64,000 bases of DNA from an uncultured bacterium. GTDB lineage: Bacteria; Verrucomicrobiota; Verrucomicrobiia; Limisphaerales; UBA8199. A program made the position numbers and the translations under genes. The notes below the pieces were generated by a model. That model did no database searches. It was not told the origin of the DNA and saw only the letters and a program-made list of their open reading frames with translations. Each line of letters starts with the position of its first letter. Positions within the stretch are counted from its first letter, which is position 1. Positions 56,560-64,000 of the stretch are shown piece after piece. The stretch lies in the NCBI GenBank assembly GCA_963749495.1, contig CAVVMW010000004.1, forward strand, positions 864,183 through 928,182. Reading direction: 5' to 3'.

Positions 56560-57803
56560 CTCTCGCCCTGGGGTACAAGCAACTGCTCGCCGCTGGATGA
56601 CTGCGGAGTCCGGGCGCCCCCGATCCGGTCGCACACATACTGGGCGAAGGGGATCGAGCAGGTCCAGGCCGGCGAAACCGCGTTGAGGACGTGCAGCGAT
56701 TTGGCGTCGCCCTGGATGACGAAGTCCATCTCCAGTTTCCGGGTCTTGATGTTCATCAACTGGGCGCGGATGCCGGGCTTGCCCCAGTGCCGGTAGTCCT
56801 GGAGCCTGACGCCCTCGAGCAGGGGCGAGGCCAACGCAACCAGGCGCCGGCGGAAATACTTGAGCGTCTCCTCGGCGGCGATCCGTTTGAAGTCGAACCC
56901 GGCGAAGAGCAGCAGGCCCAGGTCGCGAAAAAGGATCTCGGCAAGCTCGGAGAACCGGAAGTTCTCCAGGCCCTTGTATTGCTCGCGCCAGAAGGCCGGG
57001 ATGGCCGTGGGGCCGATCTTGGACTTGCCGGCGACGGTGACGGTGAAATGAACGCCCAGGAAGGGATTTCGCAGGTCGGGCACCGGATAGACGTTGGTGC
57101 GCAAGGCGCCGGGCGGCTCTTCGGAGTAAAGATAGATGCCCTTGAACGGGACGATGCGGTAGTCTTGGGAGAAACCAAAGTCGCGCGCCACGCGGTCGGC
57201 ATAGAGGCCGGCGGCGTTCACGACGCAGCCGGCCTCGAACGGGCCGGCGCGAGTGAGCAGGCGCCCGCCCGCGCGCCGGAGGTAGGCGGCGTTCTGGTGG
57301 ATGACGACGCCTTCGCGCTGGGCGTCCTCTTTCATTGCGCCCAGGACCTGGCCCGGGTCGGCCGTCGAGGTCGTGGGCGAGAACAGGGCGCGCTCGAAGG
57401 TCCGCACGCGTGGCTCGATGGCGCGGGCCTCGGTGGCGGTGAGCGGATTGAGGGCCACGCCGTTGGCCTGGCCGCGGCGCAGCAACTCGTCCAGTTGCGG
57501 CAGGTCCGAGGCGTCGCGGGCCACGACGAGCTTGCCGCAGCGGTTGACCGGGATCTTGCGGCGCTCGCAGTACTCATGGAGGATGCGGTTGCCGTCGCGC
57601 GTGAACTTCGCCTTGAGGCTGTCGGCGGTGTAGTAGAAGCCGGCGTGGAGCACGCCGCTGTTGCGCCCGCTGGCGTGGAGGCCGCAGTCGGCCTCCTTCT
57701 CCAGGAGCGCCACGCGGGTGCCGGGGAACCGGCTCTTGAGTTCGCGGGCGATGCTCAGCCCCACAATGCCGCCGCCGATGACCAGAAAATCCGCGGTGTT
57801 CAT
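56556..57803 (-). CDS. lhgO: L-2-hydroxyglutarate oxidase-like FAD oxidoreductase
   Basis: IGGGIVG, HASGRNSGVLHAG, YPVPD...PFLGVHFT, GIRAQL and NAVSPAWT motifs. Confidence 0.85.
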   Translation of the reverse strand: MNTADFLVIGGGIVGLSIARELKSRFPGTRVALLEKEADCGLHASGRNSGVLHAGFYYTADSLKAKFTRDGNRILHEYCERRKIPVNRCGKLVVARDASDLPQLDELLRRGQANGVALNPLTATEARAIEPRVRTFERALFSPTTSTADPGQVLGAMKEDAQREGVVIHQNAAYLRRAGGRLLTRAGPFEAGCVVNAAGLYADRVARDFGFSQDYRIVPFKGIYLYSEEPPGALRTNVYPVPDLRNPFLGVHFTVTVAGKSKIGPTAIPAFWREQYKGLENFRFSELAEILFRDLGLLLFAGFDFKRIAAEETLKYFRRRLVALASPLLEGVRLQDYRHWGKPGIRAQLMNIKTRKLEMDFVIQGDAKSLHVLNAVSPAWTCSIPFAQYVCDRIGGARTPQSSSGEQLLVPQGER

Positions 57804-58615
57804 TCGTGGTTGGAGTGCGCTTTTGAGGTTGCCTGGCGCGCGGCCCAGATTTTCCAGGGCGCCTGGCCGCTGTTCCAGAGGTGAGTGAGCAACTGCTGCT
57901 CGCGGTAAGTGTCCATGCACTGCCAGAACCCCGTGTGCTTGAAGGCGGCGAGTTGGCCCTGTGCCGCCAGGCGGGTGAGCGGCTGCTGCTCCAGCACGCA
58001 GCCATCGCCGGTCAGGTAATCCCCAATGCGTTTGTTCATCACGAAAAAACCGCCGTTGATAAAGGCCGCCTGCTTCTCGCTCTTTTCTTTGAAGGCGCTC
58101 ACGCCCTGCTCGCTTATTTCCAGGTCGCCGAAGCGGCTGGCCGGCTGGACGGCGGTGAGCGTGACGACCTTCTTGTGCTGCTGGTGAAAGGCAATCGAGG
58201 CGTTGATGTCGCTGTCGATCAGCCCGTCGCCGTAGGTCAGCAGGAACGTCTCCTCCTCGATGAAGCGCAGGACGCGTTGGAGGCGTCCGCCGGTCATCGT
58301 GGCCTGGCCGGTGTCCACCAGGGTCACGCTCCAGTCCTCTTCGTCGTGCTGGCTGTGGTATTTGATCTGGGGCCGGGCGCCCAGGCGGAGGGTGACGTCG
58401 CTCGTGTTCCACTGGTAATTGCGGAAGAAGTCCTTGATGACGTCGCCCTTGTAGCCCAGGCAGAGGATGAAGTCCTTGTGCCCGTAGTGGGCGTAAATCT
58501 TCATGATGTGCCAGAGGATTGGCCGCTCGCCAATCGGCACCATCGGCTTGGGCCGGAATTCGGTCTCCTCACGCAAGCGCGTGCCCAAACCGCCGCAGAG
58601 TATTACTACTTTCAT
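57800..58615 (-). CDS. rfbF: Glucose-1-phosphate cytidylyltransferase
   Basis: LCGGLGTRLREETEFRPKPM, MTGGRL, LTYGDG and FWQCMDT motifs. Confidence 0.96.
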   Translation of the reverse strand: MKVVILCGGLGTRLREETEFRPKPMVPIGERPILWHIMKIYAHYGHKDFILCLGYKGDVIKDFFRNYQWNTSDVTLRLGARPQIKYHSQHDEEDWSVTLVDTGQATMTGGRLQRVLRFIEEETFLLTYGDGLIDSDINASIAFHQQHKKVVTLTAVQPASRFGDLEISEQGVSAFKEKSEKQAAFINGGFFVMNKRIGDYLTGDGCVLEQQPLTRLAAQGQLAAFKHTGFWQCMDTYREQQLLTHLWNSGQAPWKIWAARQATSKAHSNHE

Positions 58616-58756
58616 CAATGATTATCGGCTTTCGCACCCCCCGGAGCGCAGGACGGTGCGCCCCGCCCGGGGTCATGCCTCTTAATAACCATTTCGCAGG
58701 GCGGAGACAATAAGGAAGCGCACAGTGCTCCACTGCCCCGGACTTCGAGTGTCTTT

Positions 58757-58841
58757 CGCGACCTTTGTCGCAACCTTTGTCGCAACCTTTGTCGAAGGCC
58801 GGCCCAATTCGACAAAGGCCGCGACAAAGGTTGCGACAAAG
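58757..58841. repeat. 12-mer TTTGTCG / CGACAAAG inverted array
   Basis: Third copy of this family. Confidence 0.85.
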
Positions 58842-58967
58842 ACACCAAAGTCATCCAAAGTCCGGTGCAGCAGCTCCCGCCTATTGCCCTTGTCATGGCC
58901 GGGGAATTGCCTCATCTTTGCGGGCGGCGCGGCGCGGGCATTTGAAGCGATCTTGAAAAGGCACGGC

Positions 58968-59396
58968 TTGATACGATTTCTGCAGAGCTGGGTGATTAAC
59001 ACCCTGGCAGTGTTGGTGGCGGTCGCCGTCCTCCCGGGTCGCATCCATTACGGGAGTTTGCCCGACCTGCTGGCCGCCTCGCTGTTGCTGGGGATTTTCA
59101 ATGCCGTGCTGCGGCCCATCCTGATGTTCCTGACGTTCCCGATCCTCATCATGACGTTGGGCCTGTTCCGATTCGTCATCAATGCCCTGCTCCTCCTCCT
59201 GGTCGGCGACATCCTGCCGCACTTCTCCGTCGAGGGATTCTGGGCGGCCTTTTGGGGCGCGCTCATCATCAGCATCATCTCGACCCTCCTCAACCTCCTG
59301 ACCGGCGGGGGCGGCCCCCGCCTCCGCATCCGGCGCCGCCGCTCCCCGCCGGATTCGCCCGGCGATGGCGGCGGCGGCCCGATCATCAATGTGTAG
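58968..59396 (+). CDS. Phage holin-like (DUF360/YvlD) membrane protein
   Basis: NAVLRPIL...TFPILIMTLGLFRFVINA...GFWAAFWGAL; start codon uncertain. Confidence 0.85.
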   Translation: MIRFLQSWVINTLAVLVAVAVLPGRIHYGSLPDLLAASLLLGIFNAVLRPILMFLTFPILIMTLGLFRFVINALLLLLVGDILPHFSVEGFWAAFWGALIISIISTLLNLLTGGGGPRLRIRRRRSPPDSPGDGGGGPIINV

Positions 59397-59406
59397 CACC
59401 GGCTCC

Positions 59407-60060
59407 ATGAAACCCTTCGCTGCAATCATCTTCGACATGGACGGCGTCATCGTGGACAGCGAGCCGCAGCACGAACGGGCCTTCCTGGAGGTGATGCGCG
59501 AACTCGGCTACGCCCGGACGCACGGGGTGCGGTGGTCGGACTATATCGGCCGGTCCGACCAGCAGTTATGGGTGGATTTTGTCGCCAAACACAAGCCCAG
59601 GCAGGCCGCCGGGGAATTGCTGGCGATGAAGCGAGCGCGGCTGCTGGAACTCATCCGCCGCGAGCGGCCGCTTTTTGCGGGCCTGCCCGGGCTCATCGAA
59701 AGGCTCGCCGCCCGCTATCCGCTGGCCATTGCCTCCGGTTCCGAGCGCCCCATCGTCGAGGAGGTCCTCACCCTGGGCGGCCTGGGCCGCTTCTTCAGGG
59801 TGGTCGTCACCGACACGGAGGTCCCGCGGGGCAAACCGGCGCCCGACATCTTCCTGCGCGCGGCTGAGTTGCTCCAGGCAGCCCCGCCACGCTGCTGCGT
59901 CATCGAGGACTCCAAACCCGGCATCGCCGCCGGCCTGGCCGCCGGGATGCAGGTCGTAGCCATCACCAACACGCACCCGGCCGAGCAACTGCGCCAGGCA
60001 AACTGCGTCGTGAGGTCTTACAAGGAGCTGGAAAGGGTGTTAATGACGAATGACGAATGA
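59407..60060 (+). CDS. HAD-family phosphatase (beta-PGM-like)
   Basis: IFDMDGVIVDSE, GKPAPDIF and VIEDS motifs. Confidence 0.93.
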   Translation: MKPFAAIIFDMDGVIVDSEPQHERAFLEVMRELGYARTHGVRWSDYIGRSDQQLWVDFVAKHKPRQAAGELLAMKRARLLELIRRERPLFAGLPGLIERLAARYPLAIASGSERPIVEEVLTLGGLGRFFRVVVTDTEVPRGKPAPDIFLRAAELLQAAPPRCCVIEDSKPGIAAGLAAGMQVVAITNTHPAEQLRQANCVVRSYKELERVLMTNDE

Positions 60061-60114
60061 CGAATGACGAATGAGCGGTCCGTCATTCGTCATTCGTCAT
60101 TCGTCATTGTCATT
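60042..60114. repeat. Inverted (GAATGAC)n array containing the stop codons of both convergent genes
   Basis: Both proteins end MTNDE*. Confidence 0.92.
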
Positions 60115-61358
60115 CTCCTCCCTTCCGGCGCAATCACCCAGCGGCCGCCGATCATCCCGGCCGCGATGCTGCCCGGGTGCTGCAGGACCGCGTCATAGAC
60201 CTGGGCCTCCTTGCCCGCAAAAGGGAGGGCGATCAGGTCCGCCAATGCCCCCTCGGCAATCTCGCCCACCTCTCCTTCCAAGCCCAAGGCGCGAGCGCCC
60301 GCCAGTGTGGCCATCTCCAGGATGTCGGGCGCCCTCAGGGCCGGGTTGCGCTCCGCCATGGTTCGCATCTCCTCGAACAGGTTCAACTCGACCGTTTGAC
60401 GCCACCCCTTATACACGCTGGCCAGGCTGTCGGTGCCCAGGCAGAGGCCCACGCCCGCCCGCCGCAAGGCCCTCAGCGGAAAGGGCCCATGGCCAAAATA
60501 GAGATGGCTGCGCGGGCAGTGGACCACGTGGGCCCGGCCCCGGCCCAGCAGTCCGGCGTCCGGGCCAGCCAGGTAATTGACGTGAATCGCCAGCAGGTTT
60601 TCGCCCAGCATCCCGCAGCGCTCCAGGTGCTGGACCGGCGAGCCGCGCCCGCAATCCGACATGTCCCGCGCGTTGCGCCGCAGCCAGTCGAACATCTCGC
60701 CCCGCCCGCGCATGAACATCTCGTACTCCAGGGCGGACTCGGCCACGTGCGTGGCCAGGCGCCAGCGCCGGCGGCGCGCCATGTCCGCGCTCAAGCGCAG
60801 CAACTCCGGAATCGTCGAGTAAGGCGCGTGGGGCGAGAGGCCAAGCCGCCGATGCGCCCCGTGCAGCGAACCCATCCGCGCCACTGCCTCGTCGAGCACC
60901 GCCTGCGCGGGGCGGCGCCCGATGCCGATCATCTCGACGAACGAGATGACGCGCAAGGACGTCGTTTGCCAGAGGGCGGGCAGCAGGTCCGGCGCCGCCT
61001 CGATATCGCCCACGGTGGTCGTCCCGGTCCGCAGGAGCATCAGCGCGCCCTTGCCCCAGGAGCGGGCGTAATCGGCGGGGGTCCACCCCGCCTTGATGGC
61101 GTTGATGGACTTGAGCCAGTCGGTGAAGACCTTGGGCGGCGGCAACTGGCCCGCCATGTCGGTATAATCCAGGTGGCAGTGGGCATTGACCAGGCCGGGC
61201 AACAGGACCGCCTCGCCCAGATCGACGGCGGGACGCCGCCCGGCCGAGAGGTCCCGCCAGCGCCCGACGGCGGCGATGCGATGGCGCCGGACCAGCACCG
61301 CCCCGTCGAAGATGGGCGGGCGGCGCACGGGCAGGACGACGCGGGCGCGGAGGATCAC
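60090..61358 (-). CDS. Amidohydrolase-family deaminase
   Basis: PGLVNAHCHLD, SPHAPYS, THVAES, HCPRSH and LGTDS motifs. Confidence 0.9.
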   Translation of the reverse strand: MILRARVVLPVRRPPIFDGAVLVRRHRIAAVGRWRDLSAGRRPAVDLGEAVLLPGLVNAHCHLDYTDMAGQLPPPKVFTDWLKSINAIKAGWTPADYARSWGKGALMLLRTGTTTVGDIEAAPDLLPALWQTTSLRVISFVEMIGIGRRPAQAVLDEAVARMGSLHGAHRRLGLSPHAPYSTIPELLRLSADMARRRRWRLATHVAESALEYEMFMRGRGEMFDWLRRNARDMSDCGRGSPVQHLERCGMLGENLLAIHVNYLAGPDAGLLGRGRAHVVHCPRSHLYFGHGPFPLRALRRAGVGLCLGTDSLASVYKGWRQTVELNLFEEMRTMAERNPALRAPDILEMATLAGARALGLEGEVGEIAEGALADLIALPFAGKEAQVYDAVLQHPGSIAAGMIGGRWVIAPEGRRMTMTNDE

Positions 61359-61708
61359 ATTTGGTTTTCCTGGCGGGTGCGCTTGCCTCGCGCGGCGGTC
61401 TTGTGCTTGCGGGCCTTGTAGCGGTTGTGCCGTTTGCGGATCTGCTGCTCGATCTTCTTGGCCACCAGATCGATCGCGGCGTAGAGATCGGCTTCGACGT
61501 CCTGCGCGAAGAGGTCCGGACCGGGCATCGAGAGCCGGATGGAACAACAAAACTGGCGCTCCGGGGCCTTGGCATCGTCGTGATCCAAAGTCACCCGAGC
61601 GGCCGTGGCATACTGGTGCAAGTGCTCCAGCTTATCGATCCGGCTGAAAATGTGATCTTCAATGGCCTTGGTCAGGGTCACATTGTGCGTCGAAAGGATC
61701 AGGTTCAT
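61355..61708 (-). CDS. hpf: Ribosome hibernation factor HPF/RaiA
   Basis: HNVTLTKAIEDH and DLYAAIDLVAKKIEQQIRK motifs. Confidence 0.92.
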   Translation of the reverse strand: MNLILSTHNVTLTKAIEDHIFSRIDKLEHLHQYATAARVTLDHDDAKAPERQFCCSIRLSMPGPDLFAQDVEADLYAAIDLVAKKIEQQIRKRHNRYKARKHKTAARGKRTRQENQM

Positions 61709-61835
61709 GCCCCCATGATGCCGCCACAGCGCGGGCGGCGCAAACCAGAAGTTGGCTGCCCTCACGCGCCGGGTGTGAGACAGAATTCTTCTTGGACCTC
61801 CGGATCGCAGACCTGAGAGCTGATCCGGGCCTTTG

Positions 61836-61927
61836 ATCCTTCGTTTCCTTCGTTTCCTTCTGTTCTTTTCCTGCGTCCCGCCGGCTGGGCACAGGAACAG
61901 AACAGAAGGAAACAAAGGAAACGAAGA
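61836..61927. repeat. Inverted 9-mer array (CCTTCGTTT)n ... (AAGGAAAC)n
   Basis: Seen directly. Confidence 0.75.
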
Positions 61928-62026
61928 GGCGGCCTGATGCGGCGGCATCGATCGGGGCCATGCCAGTTCGTTTCTGGACTCCTAGAGTCCTTGAATTTCA
62001 AAACGTGATGCAGACAGGTCAAGTTT

Positions 62027-62076
62027 GTGGCACGGGCATCCTGCCCGTGAGGGCTTGGGCAGGATGCCCGAGCCAC
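62027..62076. repeat. REP-like palindrome GTGGCACGGGCATCCTGCCC...GGGCAGGATGCCCGAGCCAC
   Basis: Related to 7993-8043. Confidence 0.85.
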
Positions 62077-62202
62077 GGTCTGAGGCCCTGCCTCGTTAGA
62101 CAGTTTTTGTGACACAAGCCCAGCAAAATCCATTTTGTCAAGATTTTTGTCCTACACAGCTTTTTGTCGGGAGCCGGACAAAATAGTAACAATTAGGTGC
62201 CA

Positions 62203-63586
62203 TTACGCAGCTTCCTCGGCTTGAGCCGGGGGGTTGGCGACGCGAATTCGCAGGTAATCGCTTTGGTTTAAGCGATCCCAGAACTTGGTCGAATTGGTTG
62301 CCATACAGAGCGCAGCGCAAATCCAGGACGTGGGTAGCTCCCTCTTCTGACCAAAGCATGCCGGAGCACTTGCAGCGTCCGCCGATAACCGTTTTGCAGC
62401 CGGCTTCGACCACCCCCGAGCCGTAGAAAAATCCCAAAGCGCGGTAGGTGGCGTAGAGCATACGGCTCTGGTTGTGCTCGAAGTATGCGATCTGCTTGCC
62501 TGCTGATTCAGCAGTCTGAGCGGCCAGTTTGCCCGTCCTTTCCCGGGCTTGACGCAGGACTTCCTCCACGTCGTCGGCCAAGAACTGCTCGCGCCAAGTT
62601 CGCCACAGGGCCTGGGCGGCGGCAGGGTCCGGTTCGAGCAATTTCGTCAGGTCGGAGAGATGTTCCAGGGCGTGATACAAGTCCAGAATTTGGAAGGCCA
62701 TCGGGAAGCACTTCGCCCCGTGGTCCCAAATCCAGGCAGCCCCGTCGCCCAGCAGCACCGACACCTGCGCTGCCGGCAGACGGCGGCGGAGGGCCTCCTG
62801 GCGTGCCCGCACCATGAAATCGGGTGCCTCTTCAAAGCCTGCCACGTAGCTGGAGGACTCAAAGTCCCGCAACGGCAATCCCTCCTCATCAAGGGTGGTT
62901 TGGGTAAACACACAAGCCAACTTGACCTCTCGGGTCTTGGCTGAGCCATCGGGTTGCTTGCCGGCACGGCCTTCCAATTCCTCGGGCCGCATGGGAACCC
63001 CGGTGCCATCAACGGCGATATACATGACGGGAATCAGGCCCGAGTCATGCTTGAAGGGAGGCAATTGTTCTTGGACCGCCCGCACCCGCGGTCCCATTTC
63101 CTGAGCGATGCGCTGAATCTGGCGGCCTTCGACCTGCAGCCCGCAATAGGCTTTGAGCTCGGCCGCCGCCACGTCGAAGGGATGGCGCGCGGCCGCGCGG
63201 CAAATGATCCGCAGCACCCCGGGCGAATAGCCTGCCCACAGACCCAGCGCCTGGTCCAGCGGGGCACGGCCTTGCTCCCGGCTCGCCCAATAGTAATAGT
63301 TGCGCCGTAGGGCCACTAGCCCGAAGAGGGTCAGCGGCTCCTTGGGCCGGCCGGCGTGGCACCTTTCGCCTGGGCGGCCCTGATCCTCGGGCACCGGCAG
63401 CGCCGGGTCGTTGAGCAAATCCCCCAGAATCCCACAGGCATCGCGGAAGAGCGCCTCGCGCAGGCCAATTTCCACCGCCTCGAGATTGCGCACTCCCTGC
63501 TGTTGCCACTGCCCTTGGACTAACCGGATGAAGGCGTTGGCTTCCCGGAATCGCTCCTGCCCGACTTCGGTCTGGAGTTTTTTTTT
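62203..63586 (-). CDS. ISKra4-family DDE transposase (orfB; extra base near 62285)
   Basis: IAVDGTGVP, REVKLA, LGDGAAWIW, LDLYHALEHL and GSGVVEAGCK motifs. A shifted frame ends FWDRLNQ...EEAA* inside the TIR. Confidence 0.9.
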
Positions 63587-63906
63587 GCGTCGGGGGCGGC
63601 TTGACTCAGGCGGGTGATTTGGTCGGTGACGGTGACAAACTCCTCGGCCAGTTCGCTAAAGCGTCTGTAATTGGCGACGAGGGGTTCGATTTGGGGGGCC
63701 TGATCGGCCGGGATGCGCTCGGCGAACTTCTGCCCATGGAAGTAGGCTTGGAGCACGTAGTAAGGGCCCTGGGGGGCTTTGGAGCCAGCGCGGGGTTTCT
63801 TGAAGAATTGGCGGCTTAAGGAGCCGCGGCGCAACCGGTCGATAGCCTTGATCTGTTCAAGGATCTGCTCGCGCCGGTCTTCGAGCTGAGAAAGCGAAGC
63901 GGTCAT
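63520..63906 (-). CDS. IS orfA (DUF6788-like)
   Basis: LRRGSLSRQ...GPYY...ANYRRF...AKKNS; A9 run at the orfA/orfB junction. Confidence 0.8.
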   Translation of the reverse strand: MTASLSQLEDRREQILEQIKAIDRLRRGSLSRQFFKKPRAGSKAPQGPYYVLQAYFHGQKFAERIPADQAPQIEPLVANYRRFSELAEEFVTVTDQITRLSQAAPDAKKNSRPKSGRSDSGKPTPSSG

Positions 63907-64000
63907 GGTGCGTATTGTATCTAACTAGATACAATATAGCAACAAAAATCAATCAGCAGGCGGGCCTGCTCAAATTTTGGTTACTTTTTTGTCGCGCACC

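Larger units (their letters stand above)
62170..64000 (-). mobile_element. ISKra4-family insertion sequence
   Basis: Imperfect TIRs GGAGCCGGACAAAATAGTAAC (62170) and GGTGCGCGACAAAAAAGTAAC (reverse complement of the window end), 17/21 identical. Confidence 0.88.

Noticed and set aside
58968..59396. Holin-like gene as a prophage marker
   Set aside because: This family is commonly chromosomal, and there are no phage genes nearby.
4312..61421. Long antisense or alternate-frame ORFs (e.g. 4312-5772, 16595-18262, 20455-22440, 31616-33247, 35948-37663, 50323-52041)
   Set aside because: These are shadows of real GC-rich genes with no recognisable motifs.

Overview
This is a GC-rich bacterial chromosome segment. 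Gene style and repeat families suggest Verrucomicrobiota (Pedosphaerales/Limisphaerales-like), which is an inference. Many single-base frameshifts in otherwise intact genes suggest long-read consensus errors. Contents from left to right: (1) a 0-3.6 kb zone of mobile-element debris, with an internally deleted RAYT-like element, an MntA antitoxin with a truncated HepT, and an ORF-less group II intron whose EBS1 matches the repeat unit it sits in; (2) a three-gene operon encoding a secreted Thr-Cys-repeat protein and two paralogous exosortase-like/DUF4350-like membrane proteins; (3) an NCS2 permease and an AbrB/VapC remnant; (4) an EPS export block (OM barrel, wzc, wza, FHA protein); (5) LysM-TPR, FG-GAP and DUF1080 proteins; (6) a respiratory cluster with two [tetraheme cytochrome c + Tat 4Fe-4S protein + NrfD] modules and two monoheme cytochromes; (7) aspartate aminotransferase, a PIN TA pair, recN, a LamG protein, a TPR-sulfotransferase and rplI; (8) tolQRAB-pal; (9) YncE/phosphoesterase, HEAT and Uma2 proteins; (10) a CDP-3,6-dideoxyhexose operon containing an LhgO-like gene; (11) a holin-like protein, HAD phosphatase, amidohydrolase and hpf; (12) an ISKra4-family IS ending at the window edge. 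Nearly every intergenic gap holds REP-like palindromes or inverted heptamer arrays. Some are nested, some are translated in frame, and some supply stop codons. The best novelty candidates are the Thr-Cys protein operon and the repeat-targeting ORF-less intron with non-canonical ends.
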